Shown piece by piece: positions 16,581 through 25,287 of a stretch of 37,541 nucleotides of DNA. The notes beneath the pieces are model-generated. The model had not been told where the DNA came from, made no database searches, and worked only from the letters and a program-made list of their open reading frames with translations. The stretch lies in IMG/VR virus record IMGVR_UViG_3300018080_000069, positions 1 through 37,541 of that record; one strand, given 5' to 3'. A program made the position numbers and the translations under genes. Every line of letters starts with the position of its first letter. The first letter of the stretch is position 1. This stretch comes from a virus. Taxonomy: Duplodnaviria; Caudoviricetes.

Positions 16581-18839
16581 TCACTCCCCATCCAGAAACA
16601 GCTTCGGGCGGCGCTTCTTGAGGCCGGGCAGCATCGCGCCGAGATTGACTTCGAGCCGGCGGCCCTGCTGATCGAGCAGCCATTGCGCGTCGCCTTGCGG
16701 ATCACCGAGCGCGACGAGATACCGATCGCTGCCGATCGCCACGAAAGTGCCGCGCCGCACGGCGTCGGCACCAAGCCGGCGCTTCTTGACATCATACGGC
16801 ACCGCCCCGGCCGCCTCGAGATCGGCATTCGTGATGCTCTCGATCAGCGTGTCGAAGCGGTCCTGCCTGACACCCGCCGGCACGAGAATTTTCTGCTTGC
16901 CGAACCATACGCCGCGATGGCTGCCCACACCGCCATAGGCCACGCCGCGCACCGTGGTCTCGCCGGTCACCTGGCGCACAATCTCGCGGTAGAGATCCGA
17001 ATCGAATTCGGCTTTGCCTTCGGCGCGCGCGCGGGTTTCGTAAGCCGCGTCCGCGAGATCCGTCAGCGCCGCCGCCGCCTGCGGCAGCGCCTGCAATGCG
17101 GACCCCAATACCGCCTGCACTTCCGGACGGCTCTTTTGAGCGGACGGCGCCAGCGCCTTGAAAGTCTCGGAACGGCGGAGCGCGATGCCCGCTGCCGCGG
17201 CGCGGATCACCTGCGGATCGCCGCCGCGATGCACGAGACTGCCGAGCATGGCCAGTGTCTGCCCGCCCTTCGTGCCGCTCACCTGCGCCACCTCGCGCAA
17301 GGCCTCGTCGGCACGGTCTCCGAAAGCCCGCACCAGCGTGCCGGCGATCTGTATCAGGCCGTCGCCGCCCTGGTTCGCGATTTGCGACATGCGATCAAGC
17401 TCATCCGGCCGGAAGTAGCGCACCGGCTGGTCGTAGCGCTCCGCGACCGTCTCCGCCTCGACGGCGCGCGCCGTCAGCGACTGCTGCGCGGCATCCGCAT
17501 TCGAGAAATCAATCGGCGTGACGGTGACCGTGCCGACCCGCTCGGCCCATCCCAGCGGGTCTTTTTTGAGCGCGCCGCGCATCTCACCCAGCATGCGCTC
17601 GGCCGCCTCGATCCGCGCCACCTCCTGCGGCAGCGCGCCATCCTTCTGCATGCGCGCGCGCTCATCTCGCACGAAGGCATCGAGCTTCACAGGCGTCTCG
17701 CGCGCGGCGGATGTCTGCCACTTGAGCACGCCCTCAGCCTGCTCCAGCGCTGCCTGCAACCGCGGATCGCCGGACGCAGTGACCTGCGCCCGCAACGCCG
17801 CCAGGCGCGCGGCCTGCGGTGCAAAGCCTTTTTCGGCGAGCGTCTGCACCTCGCCGATCTGACCGGCGATCTGGCGTACCTGCACATTCGCCTCGCGCTC
17901 GCCGCGATCCGCTTCCGCCGCCATGCGCCGCGTCAGCGCCGTCATCTCGTCAAGCGTGTAGAGCTTCGCAAGCCCCTTGCTGTCCTTGAAGTCTGCCTCG
18001 ATCTGCGCGATGAACTCGCGCTTGCCCGTTGCCGTCTGCACCCGGTCAAACGCACCGAGCAGGCGCGCGTCGGCCACTTCCCGCTGCACGCGCTGCAATT
18101 CCTTTGCCGCCGCCTCCGGCGACAACAACGGGTTGCCGTCGGGCCCCACCGAAAGCATCTGGCGCCGCAGCTCGGCCACCTCGCCCGCCAGCACCGCGCT
18201 GGCGTCCTGGTCCAGCCCGAGACGATAGGCCTGCTGCTCGATGGAGCGCACCTTCTCGGAGACACTTGTGACAAGCCCCGCCCGCTGCTCGGCGCGCACG
18301 CGATCGCGATGCTGCCGCGTGGCCTGCCGGACGAGACCCAGACGGCGCCGCTGGAACGCACTTTCAAGATCAGGCAAAAGATACGGCTTGAGCTCCGGCC
18401 GCAGATTATCGACCGCGCCCGCCTTGAACTTGGCCAGCGCCTCCTCGAGGCCGCCCGGATCAGCCTGGTGCTGCTCCGCCGCCTGCTCCAGGCCGGTCTC
18501 GAATTCCGTCATCGTCCGGCGCTTGAACGCCTCCAGGCCCGCGCCGTTGTAGGCCTCGCTGTAGATCGTGCCATCGGCGCGCGGCCGGAATTCCGGATCG
18601 AGGCCCGCCAGCGCGCCTTCCTCCTGGCCCTCACGCGCAGCGGCCCTATCGGCGATCTTGCCGACCATGCCGGCGAAGCGGCCGAACTCGCCGGCCGCCG
18701 TCGCGAAGGCCGCGGCCGATCCATCGTCGCCCGCCGCCACCGCCGCACCGGGCGAGCCCTGCAACTGCACCGGCACGACCGTGGCCGCGGCCGTGCTTCC
18801 TGATCGCTCCGGCAGCGGCACCGCCCGTCGCTCGGCCAT
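16581..18839 (-). CDS. Internal virion protein (T7 gp15 position)
   Basis: 752-aa Ala/Glu/Arg-rich helical protein, coupled to the upstream gene; assigned by synteny. Confidence 0.7.
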   Translation of the reverse strand: MAERRAVPLPERSGSTAAATVVPVQLQGSPGAAVAAGDDGSAAAFATAAGEFGRFAGMVGKIADRAAAREGQEEGALAGLDPEFRPRADGTIYSEAYNGAGLEAFKRRTMTEFETGLEQAAEQHQADPGGLEEALAKFKAGAVDNLRPELKPYLLPDLESAFQRRRLGLVRQATRQHRDRVRAEQRAGLVTSVSEKVRSIEQQAYRLGLDQDASAVLAGEVAELRRQMLSVGPDGNPLLSPEAAAKELQRVQREVADARLLGAFDRVQTATGKREFIAQIEADFKDSKGLAKLYTLDEMTALTRRMAAEADRGEREANVQVRQIAGQIGEVQTLAEKGFAPQAARLAALRAQVTASGDPRLQAALEQAEGVLKWQTSAARETPVKLDAFVRDERARMQKDGALPQEVARIEAAERMLGEMRGALKKDPLGWAERVGTVTVTPIDFSNADAAQQSLTARAVEAETVAERYDQPVRYFRPDELDRMSQIANQGGDGLIQIAGTLVRAFGDRADEALREVAQVSGTKGGQTLAMLGSLVHRGGDPQVIRAAAAGIALRRSETFKALAPSAQKSRPEVQAVLGSALQALPQAAAALTDLADAAYETRARAEGKAEFDSDLYREIVRQVTGETTVRGVAYGGVGSHRGVWFGKQKILVPAGVRQDRFDTLIESITNADLEAAGAVPYDVKKRRLGADAVRRGTFVAIGSDRYLVALGDPQGDAQWLLDQQGRRLEVNLGAMLPGLKKRRPKLFLDGE

Positions 18840-19567
18840 TATTTCCTCCTGAGAACGTCGACCCCGAACTGCCCGAGCGTCGACAGCCCCTTGATGTTCG
18901 CCGCCATCGCCTGGTTCGCGCCTTTCGCGCGCGTGATATTGGCCTGCAAGCCAGCCTGCCGGCGCGTGGTCTCCGCGTCCTGCTGCATTGTGATGCCCTG
19001 CTCGCGCTGCTGGAACGCCTGGCTGCCCGCCGTCCGCACTACCGCCATGCCTTTCAGAAGGCTGTCGAGCTGGCGGATAGTGGCGTTGCTTTCGAGTATT
19101 TCACGATCCGACGCCGCGCGCGCCTCGGCAGCCTCGGCACGGCGCGCCGCCGTGCCGCTGGTCGCATCGACACCCGCCGCCGCATAGGCCACGGCGTTGC
19201 GTGACAGCGTGCGCGCCAGATCTTCCTGCTGCGAGATCACCTGGCTTTTGCCCGCGAGATATTCCTGGCTTGCCGTGAATTCGTGGTCGCGGAACGCCAG
19301 CCCCGCCTCGGCTTCGATCTCGTCCGCCGCAAAGAATTTCAGCGCCGCGTTCTGCTCGGCTCGCGCCGCCATGGCGCCAGCGTTGGCGACCTGCGCCGCT
19401 GCGGTCTGATTGGCCAGCGCCCGCTGCCGGCCACCCGCTGCGAATTGTGACATGGCCGAGGCCGCGGTCAGCCCGCCCTCGAGCACCGTCGCCATCGTCG
19501 AGGACGTTGCGAGGCTCGACAGCCCCGCGCCTGCCGTCGATGCCAGACTGCCGACGATTACCTCCAT
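18839..19567 (-). CDS. Internal virion protein (T7 gp14 position)
   Basis: Ala/Gly/Ser-rich N-terminus and AVAYAAAGVDATSGTA motif; follows tail tubular B. Confidence 0.75.
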   Translation of the reverse strand: MEVIVGSLASTAGAGLSSLATSSTMATVLEGGLTAASAMSQFAAGGRQRALANQTAAAQVANAGAMAARAEQNAALKFFAADEIEAEAGLAFRDHEFTASQEYLAGKSQVISQQEDLARTLSRNAVAYAAAGVDATSGTAARRAEAAEARAASDREILESNATIRQLDSLLKGMAVVRTAGSQAFQQREQGITMQQDAETTRRQAGLQANITRAKGANQAMAANIKGLSTLGQFGVDVLRRK

Positions 19568-22068
19568 CAGCCAATCTCCAATTTCAGCGAGCGCAGCGTG
19601 AACGTGCCCGGCCGCAGTTGCGTGACCTCACACAGACCGCCATTCTGGCTGCGCCCGAACAGCCGATCGAGCCGCACTTCGCCGGTGAACGGCGCATCAA
19701 TCAATGAGCCGTCGAACGTCGCCGCATCGAATTCAAGCAGCGGCACATCCTGCACCGGCCCGCCGTTGGCGCCGAAGGCGATGCTGGACGTGTCCTGCAG
19801 CGACAGCGTGGCCCCGAAAATCCGCACCGGCCCCAGGCGCACGCGGCCCGATCTGTCGATCACCTGCTGCGGCATAGGATGCACGCGCGGCACGATGCGC
19901 AGACCGACTTCGCCCGCCAGCGCCGCCTCCGACAGCGTGATCTGCCCCGACGCCACCGTGAACGGCCCCTCGATGCGGCCATCCGCCTGCGCCCAGACCT
20001 CAAAGCCCTCAAGATGCTCCAAGCCACTCACCGTGGCGCTTGCCACCGCGCGCGAAAAAGCCATCGAGCTGTCGAAGAGAGACGCATCATCCTGGCGCTC
20101 GAAATAGAGATCAGTCACCCCTCCGATCGTGCGCTCGACGACGGCATCCACCGCGCGCTGCGCGTCGACGTTGACCGCCCGGAACAGACCGGAAGCCCGC
20201 GACCAGGGCGACATCGCGCGCACCTTCTCAGTGCGCATGAAAGTCATCGCCGCAATCGTACCGTCGCCGTTGACAATCAGCACTTTCGCGCCCTCGTTCA
20301 CCTGGCTCGAGCGCTGATATGCGATGTCCCGCACGTCCTCGATCAGATGGCCGCCGAGCAAAGTCAGGCTCTCGGCCGTGTAATCCTGCTCCGCGTCCTG
20401 ATACAGGAAATCCCGCACGACGCGCCCGCCCGCATCCGCGAAAATCGTGGCGCCCTCGACCTGCACCTGCGGCACGCCCGGCAGGCAGCCGTTGCGCGTC
20501 GTATTGATGAAAGAGATCGGCAGCGTCGCATCGAGCACGCGGTCGCTGACGTACCACTCGCCGCTGTCGGTAAAGACCTGCAAATGGCGACCAGCAAAAA
20601 CGTGATGGATCACGACCTGATCGTCGGAGCCCAGCGTGATCTCGAGGCCCGCCGCGCTTTCCAGCCCCGTGCTCTGATCGAAATCGAAATAGCTCGACGA
20701 CACCGACATCAGCAGCGTATCCGGTGCCAGCAGGAAGCCCGCGAGCACCAGGCGATCGGCGAAGAAAGTGCCGCACCGTGGCCAGCCGGTCGTGGCGGAC
20801 ATCAGGCTGCCGGACGCCGCCCGGCCATCCTGCAGCGTCGTCACGTCGACCGTCGCGTCATCGTCCGTGATGACATCAACGAACAATTTCGGCTGCACGC
20901 GGCTGCCGTTGTCACCGCCGAACGTCACCTCGAAGGTCACCGCGTCGATTGTCAGGCTCGTCACCTCGATCTCGATGCCAGCCGCGACATTGGGCAAAGC
21001 CTCCAGCGCCGTATCGATCGCGCCTGCCAGCGTGGCTGCATCGGAGCCGATCGTGATCTGCGCGGTCCAGCAATCTCCGACAACCAAAGCGATGCCGTCC
21101 AGCGGCCCGACACCGGAAATCGTCACGCGCTGGATCTCGTCCTGCGCCGCGCCAAACGAGGTATCCCCGCCACCCGCTGCCACGTTGCTGAAGGTCTGAT
21201 CGTAACTCGTCCACTCGAAGTCCGCGCCCTGACGAAAGATCGTGCGCGGCGGCACTTCGGGGTGCAGCAGCATCATCAGGTCACGGCTCTGCACGCGCGT
21301 CGTCACCGGCAGCTGATCGGAGCGCATTGAGATGGGGATACTGGTCTGCCACTCGCCGCCGGCAAAGACGTCGATATTCCGGTCGGTGGCAATCATGGTG
21401 TAGGTCTGATCACGCGAGAACGTGAACGGGTAGCGCCGCACCGCGCTAAGCTTCGTGGTCTCCTGCCAAACAGCGATTTCCTTGATCGTGATGACACCGA
21501 GCGACAGCGACCCGGCACCCTTGACCACGACACGCAAATAGCGCCGCGTGACAGACTGGCCAGCGCCGGCGGAAAAGCGCCGCGTGCGCGCCGCCGTGCG
21601 CACATTGAACGCCCGGTCGAAAGCGACCCAGGCCGTGCCGTCACTGGAAACCTCGACAGCGAAAGCCGCGTCAGCGCTGTTTGCCGCGCACCGGAAGCCG
21701 GTCACGTCCACGAAAGTGAACGCCGTCGCCGCCCCGAGATCGACAGAGAACACAACGAACGTCGCACCCGTGACACCGCTGGTCGTGGCCGTCTCGGTGC
21801 TGTCCTGGCAGTCGACGACGTTCGCGACCGTGCCGCCATTCGGCGCGGTGACCATGGCCGCCGTCAGCGGGAAGCGCCGCAATTGCCGCCGCAGGCGCGC
21901 CTTATGGCGGAAGCCACCGCGCACGAACGCGCCGCCCTGCGGCAGGATTGACAGATTGTCACCGTGCAGCAGGCCGCGCTGATAGTGGTCGAGATCGATG
22001 CGCTCACGCAGAAGAGGATCGAGCACCCCGCGCGAGAATACGCCGATCACCTCGGCCCGGCGCGCCAT
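19567..22068 (-). CDS. Tail tubular protein B / nozzle (T7 gp12-like) with inserted domains
   Basis: Start MARRAEVIGVFSRGVLDP at 22068; N.ILPQGGA..RGG, GWPRCGTFFADRLVLAG, LQVFTDSGEW and GLEHLEG motifs. Confidence 0.85.
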   Translation of the reverse strand: MARRAEVIGVFSRGVLDPLLRERIDLDHYQRGLLHGDNLSILPQGGAFVRGGFRHKARLRRQLRRFPLTAAMVTAPNGGTVANVVDCQDSTETATTSGVTGATFVVFSVDLGAATAFTFVDVTGFRCAANSADAAFAVEVSSDGTAWVAFDRAFNVRTAARTRRFSAGAGQSVTRRYLRVVVKGAGSLSLGVITIKEIAVWQETTKLSAVRRYPFTFSRDQTYTMIATDRNIDVFAGGEWQTSIPISMRSDQLPVTTRVQSRDLMMLLHPEVPPRTIFRQGADFEWTSYDQTFSNVAAGGGDTSFGAAQDEIQRVTISGVGPLDGIALVVGDCWTAQITIGSDAATLAGAIDTALEALPNVAAGIEIEVTSLTIDAVTFEVTFGGDNGSRVQPKLFVDVITDDDATVDVTTLQDGRAASGSLMSATTGWPRCGTFFADRLVLAGFLLAPDTLLMSVSSSYFDFDQSTGLESAAGLEITLGSDDQVVIHHVFAGRHLQVFTDSGEWYVSDRVLDATLPISFINTTRNGCLPGVPQVQVEGATIFADAGGRVVRDFLYQDAEQDYTAESLTLLGGHLIEDVRDIAYQRSSQVNEGAKVLIVNGDGTIAAMTFMRTEKVRAMSPWSRASGLFRAVNVDAQRAVDAVVERTIGGVTDLYFERQDDASLFDSSMAFSRAVASATVSGLEHLEGFEVWAQADGRIEGPFTVASGQITLSEAALAGEVGLRIVPRVHPMPQQVIDRSGRVRLGPVRIFGATLSLQDTSSIAFGANGGPVQDVPLLEFDAATFDGSLIDAPFTGEVRLDRLFGRSQNGGLCEVTQLRPGTFTLRSLKLEIG

Positions 22069-22679
22069 CACCAGCTCCTGACATCGACGAACGGCCCACC
22101 GGACCCTGGCCCGAAGATGTCCGGCCCGGGCTCCGCCTGCGCGTCCGTCGTCGCCGCCTCCTGCAGCTTGCCGGATTGACCGGGCCGCCGGCTCGAGCCC
22201 CAGACATCCTCGCGCAACGCCGCGCGGATGTTCGCGTCTTCGTTCAGCGCCATCGCGAATTCCGCCTTGGCCGCCATCACCAGGCATTCGAGCACATCGA
22301 ACGGCCAATCGTTATAGTCAGGCCGGTAGAGATATTTTGCCCAAAGCTGCTCGGCATTGGTGTGCACCTTGCCGGCGGTATATTCGAAATCGGTGAAGGT
22401 GTGTTGCTCGATCTTGTTCCAGATCGCATCCGGCAAACCGAGACGGTCGCCGGGCAGATTATACTGATAGAGCCAGAAGCCATCCGCCGGCGCGGCCGTG
22501 TCGCGCGTAAGCAAAACGGTTTTGCGCGCGAAGCGCCACGGCTTGGCGGTGAGGATCGCGTCGCGCACGCCGTCGAAGATCGACAGCACATGATCCGCTC
22601 CATAGGCCCCCTCGCCCTGGATTGGAAGATTGCCAAGCTCGAGCAGCGCGCGATTGCACAGTCCGACGCGATCCACCAT
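22068..22679 (-). CDS. Tail tubular protein A / adaptor (T7 gp11-like)
   Basis: LCNRALLELG...PWRFARKTVLL...YQYNLPGD.L pattern. Confidence 0.85.
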   Translation of the reverse strand: MVDRVGLCNRALLELGNLPIQGEGAYGADHVLSIFDGVRDAILTAKPWRFARKTVLLTRDTAAPADGFWLYQYNLPGDRLGLPDAIWNKIEQHTFTDFEYTAGKVHTNAEQLWAKYLYRPDYNDWPFDVLECLVMAAKAEFAMALNEDANIRAALREDVWGSSRRPGQSGKLQEAATTDAQAEPGPDIFGPGSGGPFVDVRSW

Positions 22680-22690
22680 TGTGCGGCACC

Positions 22691-22969
22691 TTAAGCGATG
22701 GCCATCGCCGTGATGGCAACCGTGGTGGCGCCGGTTGACGAGCTGACGATGTAGAGCTTCGTTTCAGGCGTGCCGTCGACATCGAGCGATGCCATGATCA
22801 GATCCCCCTCGGCAAAATTCTGATAGGCCGAGTTGAAATAACCGCTGCCCTCGACAACCGTGTCGGCGTCGTTCGTGGCGTAGTGCCAGATCGATTTGGT
22901 CGAGCCCGCGCCGTTGCCGATCGAGCCGCCGTGACCGATCCGCCGGAGCCCTGCTGCTGCATATGCCAT
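22691..22969 (-). CDS. Small virion protein, probably capsid decoration (92 aa)
   Basis: ATG at 22969 with CAGGA RBS; WHYATND...V..SGYFN...GDLI motif; immediately after the capsid gene. Confidence 0.65.
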   Translation of the reverse strand: MAYAAAGLRRIGHGGSIGNGAGSTKSIWHYATNDADTVVEGSGYFNSAYQNFAEGDLIMASLDVDGTPETKLYIVSSSTGATTVAITAMAIA

Positions 22970-22999
22970 GTTGTAAGTCCTGCTGGTGTTGATGGAAGG

Positions 23000-23029
23000 G
23001 TCAGCCGCGCGGCACCCCGCGCGGCCGAC
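23000..23029 (-). terminator. GC-rich hairpin after the capsid gene (weak terminator or mRNA stabiliser)
   Basis: 13-bp stem (one G-U pair) with a 4-nt loop; poor U-tract. Confidence 0.45.
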
Positions 23030-23037
23030 GATCAGCG

Positions 23038-23904
23038 TCAGTTGATGGTGATGGCGCTGTTGCCCTGGAAGCGACACTCGATGATGCCGCCGGTCGTGCC
23101 GCCCTGCAGCACGGTCGCGCCCATGTCCATCCAGTTGTTGTGGAGCCAGCCCGTCTTGCTGTTTTCCCATGTGACACGGGTATTCAGGTCATTGCCGTTG
23201 TAGCCCGAGCCGATCGACATCCAGTGCCACGCGTAGAACGTCACATCATTGGTGCTCGTTGGGAACAGCTCGTCAGGGCCGGTGAACCAGTTGACGCCGC
23301 CCCAGAATTTCGCGCGCCGTACTTTCATGAAAGGCAGATCGCCGCGCACCCAGTCGGCCGAGGAAAACTCCTCGAACCCCATCATCTGCGAAAACGCGAG
23401 TTGCGGGATCATGCAGTAGGCCCGCCCGTCCTCCGGCACGTCACGCTTGTAGAGATTGGTCGAAACCGACAACGCCTTGGCGAGATCCCAGGCTGCGTCG
23501 AACGCACCAATCACCGTCCCGTAAGTGCCGGTGCCAGCATGGATCTCGTCATAAATGATGCTGTCGTGCTTCCGCCCGAGCGCCAGCGCCGCCTGCTGTT
23601 GAGCAACGGCGTTTTCGTTTGCGCTCATGCGATCGAGATCGACCTGATAAACGTATTCCGCCGCCTGATAAGCCTCGGTCGTCAGCTCGACACGGCTGCG
23701 GCCCGCATTCATGGGCACGAGATCGGACCCGATTTCCATTTTCCGGGCACTGCCCTTGCCGGCCTTCGGGAAATACATTTTCTTGCCGTCGATCTGCGCC
23801 GGCGGCATGTAGGTGCCGCGCAGAACGTGACCTTGAGACTGGTACTCCATCAGGACGCCGGATTTGTATTTCTCGACGTACCAAGTGCTTGCTTCGGTAG
23901 CCAT
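23038..23904 (-). CDS. Major capsid protein
   Basis: 288 aa, directly after the scaffold gene; EYQSQGHVLRGT, ALGRKHDSII and DVPEDGR patterns of T7/BPP-1-like capsids. Confidence 0.85.
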   Translation of the reverse strand: MATEASTWYVEKYKSGVLMEYQSQGHVLRGTYMPPAQIDGKKMYFPKAGKGSARKMEIGSDLVPMNAGRSRVELTTEAYQAAEYVYQVDLDRMSANENAVAQQQAALALGRKHDSIIYDEIHAGTGTYGTVIGAFDAAWDLAKALSVSTNLYKRDVPEDGRAYCMIPQLAFSQMMGFEEFSSADWVRGDLPFMKVRRAKFWGGVNWFTGPDELFPTSTNDVTFYAWHWMSIGSGYNGNDLNTRVTWENSKTGWLHNNWMDMGATVLQGGTTGGIIECRFQGNSAITIN

Positions 23905-24035
23905 TGCTTGCTCTCACGGTTTTGATGTTCGCGTGCGCTGCCGCCGAGTGCCGCGACGTGAGAGCGGGCCTGACGATCAGGCAATGCCTGATCCGGGTGC
24001 CACCGCCGGCGCGGGTCCTGCTGCAAAGCTGCAGC

Positions 24036-24066
24036 AATCTACGCGCGCGCCGGTGCGGGGGGGCCT
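24036..24066 (-). promoter_or_regulatory. Putative late promoter (capsid)
   Basis: AGG-C7-N15-TAGATT at the scaffold stop, about 130 bp upstream of the capsid start. Confidence 0.6.
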
Positions 24067-24934
24067 AAGCCGCGGCCCCGTAGAATTGCTTGAACATCGC
24101 GTCTGTTTGCTCGGCGAATGCCGGATCGAACTCGGGCGATAGCGCCTGGTTGCGGGGATCGGCGATGCGGCGGTCAAGATCCGCCTTCGTCAGCGCCTGC
24201 CCGGCGCCGGTGCCGCCGGTCTGCACGCCGGTCTCGCGCATTTGTCCGCGCAAGGCCTTCAGCGCCAGAATGCCGTCCGCCGTCTCGGCGAGGCCGCGCA
24301 ACACGCTGGCCTGATCGGCCGTCAACGTCTTGTCCGCGACCAGCGCATCGATATAGGTCGTCGCATCCGTCCAGGCCGCCGCCGCCGCGTTGAGCACATC
24401 CTGCTCCGACATGCGCGCGGCGCCATCACCGGCGAGCTTTTTTGCCTCCGCTGTCACGTCGACGCCGCCGAGCTTGCCCTGCGCCAGCAGCTCCCCGTGG
24501 AAATCCTGCACAAAGCCCGCGAACTGCTCCTGCGTGAGCCCGTGCTTGTGCGCGATGTTCCGGGCCACAGCAAGCGTTTCGTCCTGCGCCGGATCTCCGA
24601 CAACCGCCAGCACCTCCTCGCTGAACGCGACCGTGTAGTCGTCAGGCTTGTCGACGGCCTTGCCGCGCTTGCCCATCTCTTCGCGCGCGCCGCTGTAGGC
24701 GGCAAACACCTTTTCCAGCGCCTGCTCCGGCGTGTCGCCGCGCAGATGCTGCGGCAGGCGATCCATGATCGTCCCGCCCTGCTCGCCGCCCGCCGGTTGC
24801 GCGCCCGCTGCCTCGTACGGATTGACCGGCGCGGCTGCCGCCGCTGGCGCTTCCCCGCCGCCTGGCGCCCCGCCTTCACCGCCACCCGCAGCCTCAGCCG
24901 TGTTGAAAGTCATCATAGTCCACATCGCAATCAT
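24065..24934 (-). CDS. Capsid scaffolding protein
   Basis: Low-complexity acidic N-terminus, PDDY...AHKHGLTQEQF motif, C-terminal DPR...DPAF...FKQFYG. Confidence 0.75.
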   Translation of the reverse strand: MIAMWTMMTFNTAEAAGGGEGGAPGGGEAPAAAAAPVNPYEAAGAQPAGGEQGGTIMDRLPQHLRGDTPEQALEKVFAAYSGAREEMGKRGKAVDKPDDYTVAFSEEVLAVVGDPAQDETLAVARNIAHKHGLTQEQFAGFVQDFHGELLAQGKLGGVDVTAEAKKLAGDGAARMSEQDVLNAAAAAWTDATTYIDALVADKTLTADQASVLRGLAETADGILALKALRGQMRETGVQTGGTGAGQALTKADLDRRIADPRNQALSPEFDPAFAEQTDAMFKQFYGAAA

Positions 24935-25287
24935 GCATCATCCGCGCGCGGCGCGGCTCCCTGCTCCATCAATTGCATCAACTCCCGCACAAGATGGCGG
25001 CGCGCCTCATGCCAGATCACGCTCGCCGTCAACCCTTCAAGACCAAGGCCGATCAAATTCGGATCGCCCAGGTCCGGCACCGCCTGGTGCAGCAGCGTGC
25101 GGTCGACCAGGTACTGCAGCGTCGCGCGGCCAGCCGTGCCGGCGAACGTCTGCGCCACATGCTCGGCGAGGCGCGCTTGCGGATCGTCCACGTCCGCCGG
25201 GCGCCGGCCGCCGAAGCTGTCCTCGATTTCCTGCACCCCACCCCAGCCGTCCGTCTGGCCGAGCAAGCGGGTTAGCTCATCCGTCAA
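24931..25287 (-). CDS. Bbp19-like protein between portal and scaffold
   Basis: TFAGTAGRATLQYL...HEARRHLVREL pattern and position. Confidence 0.65.
   Translation of the reverse strand: MTDELTRLLGQTDGWGGVQEIEDSFGGRRPADVDDPQARLAEHVAQTFAGTAGRATLQYLVDRTLLHQAVPDLGDPNLIGLGLEGLTASVIWHEARRHLVRELMQLMEQGAAPRADDA

Noticed and set aside
16551-18803. Long plus-strand ORFs (also 14972-16249, 19879-21330, 27742-29115, 33670-35100)
   Set aside because: Antisense shadows of well-supported minus-strand genes; Arg/Ala-rich with no recognisable motifs.
22691-23170. T7 gp10B-style -1 frameshift fusing the capsid to the downstream protein
   Set aside because: The -1 frame is open, but the only slippery-looking heptamer (GGGAAAA near 23168-23162) is in the wrong phase. 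The downstream gene has its own RBS, and open alternative frames are common at this GC content.
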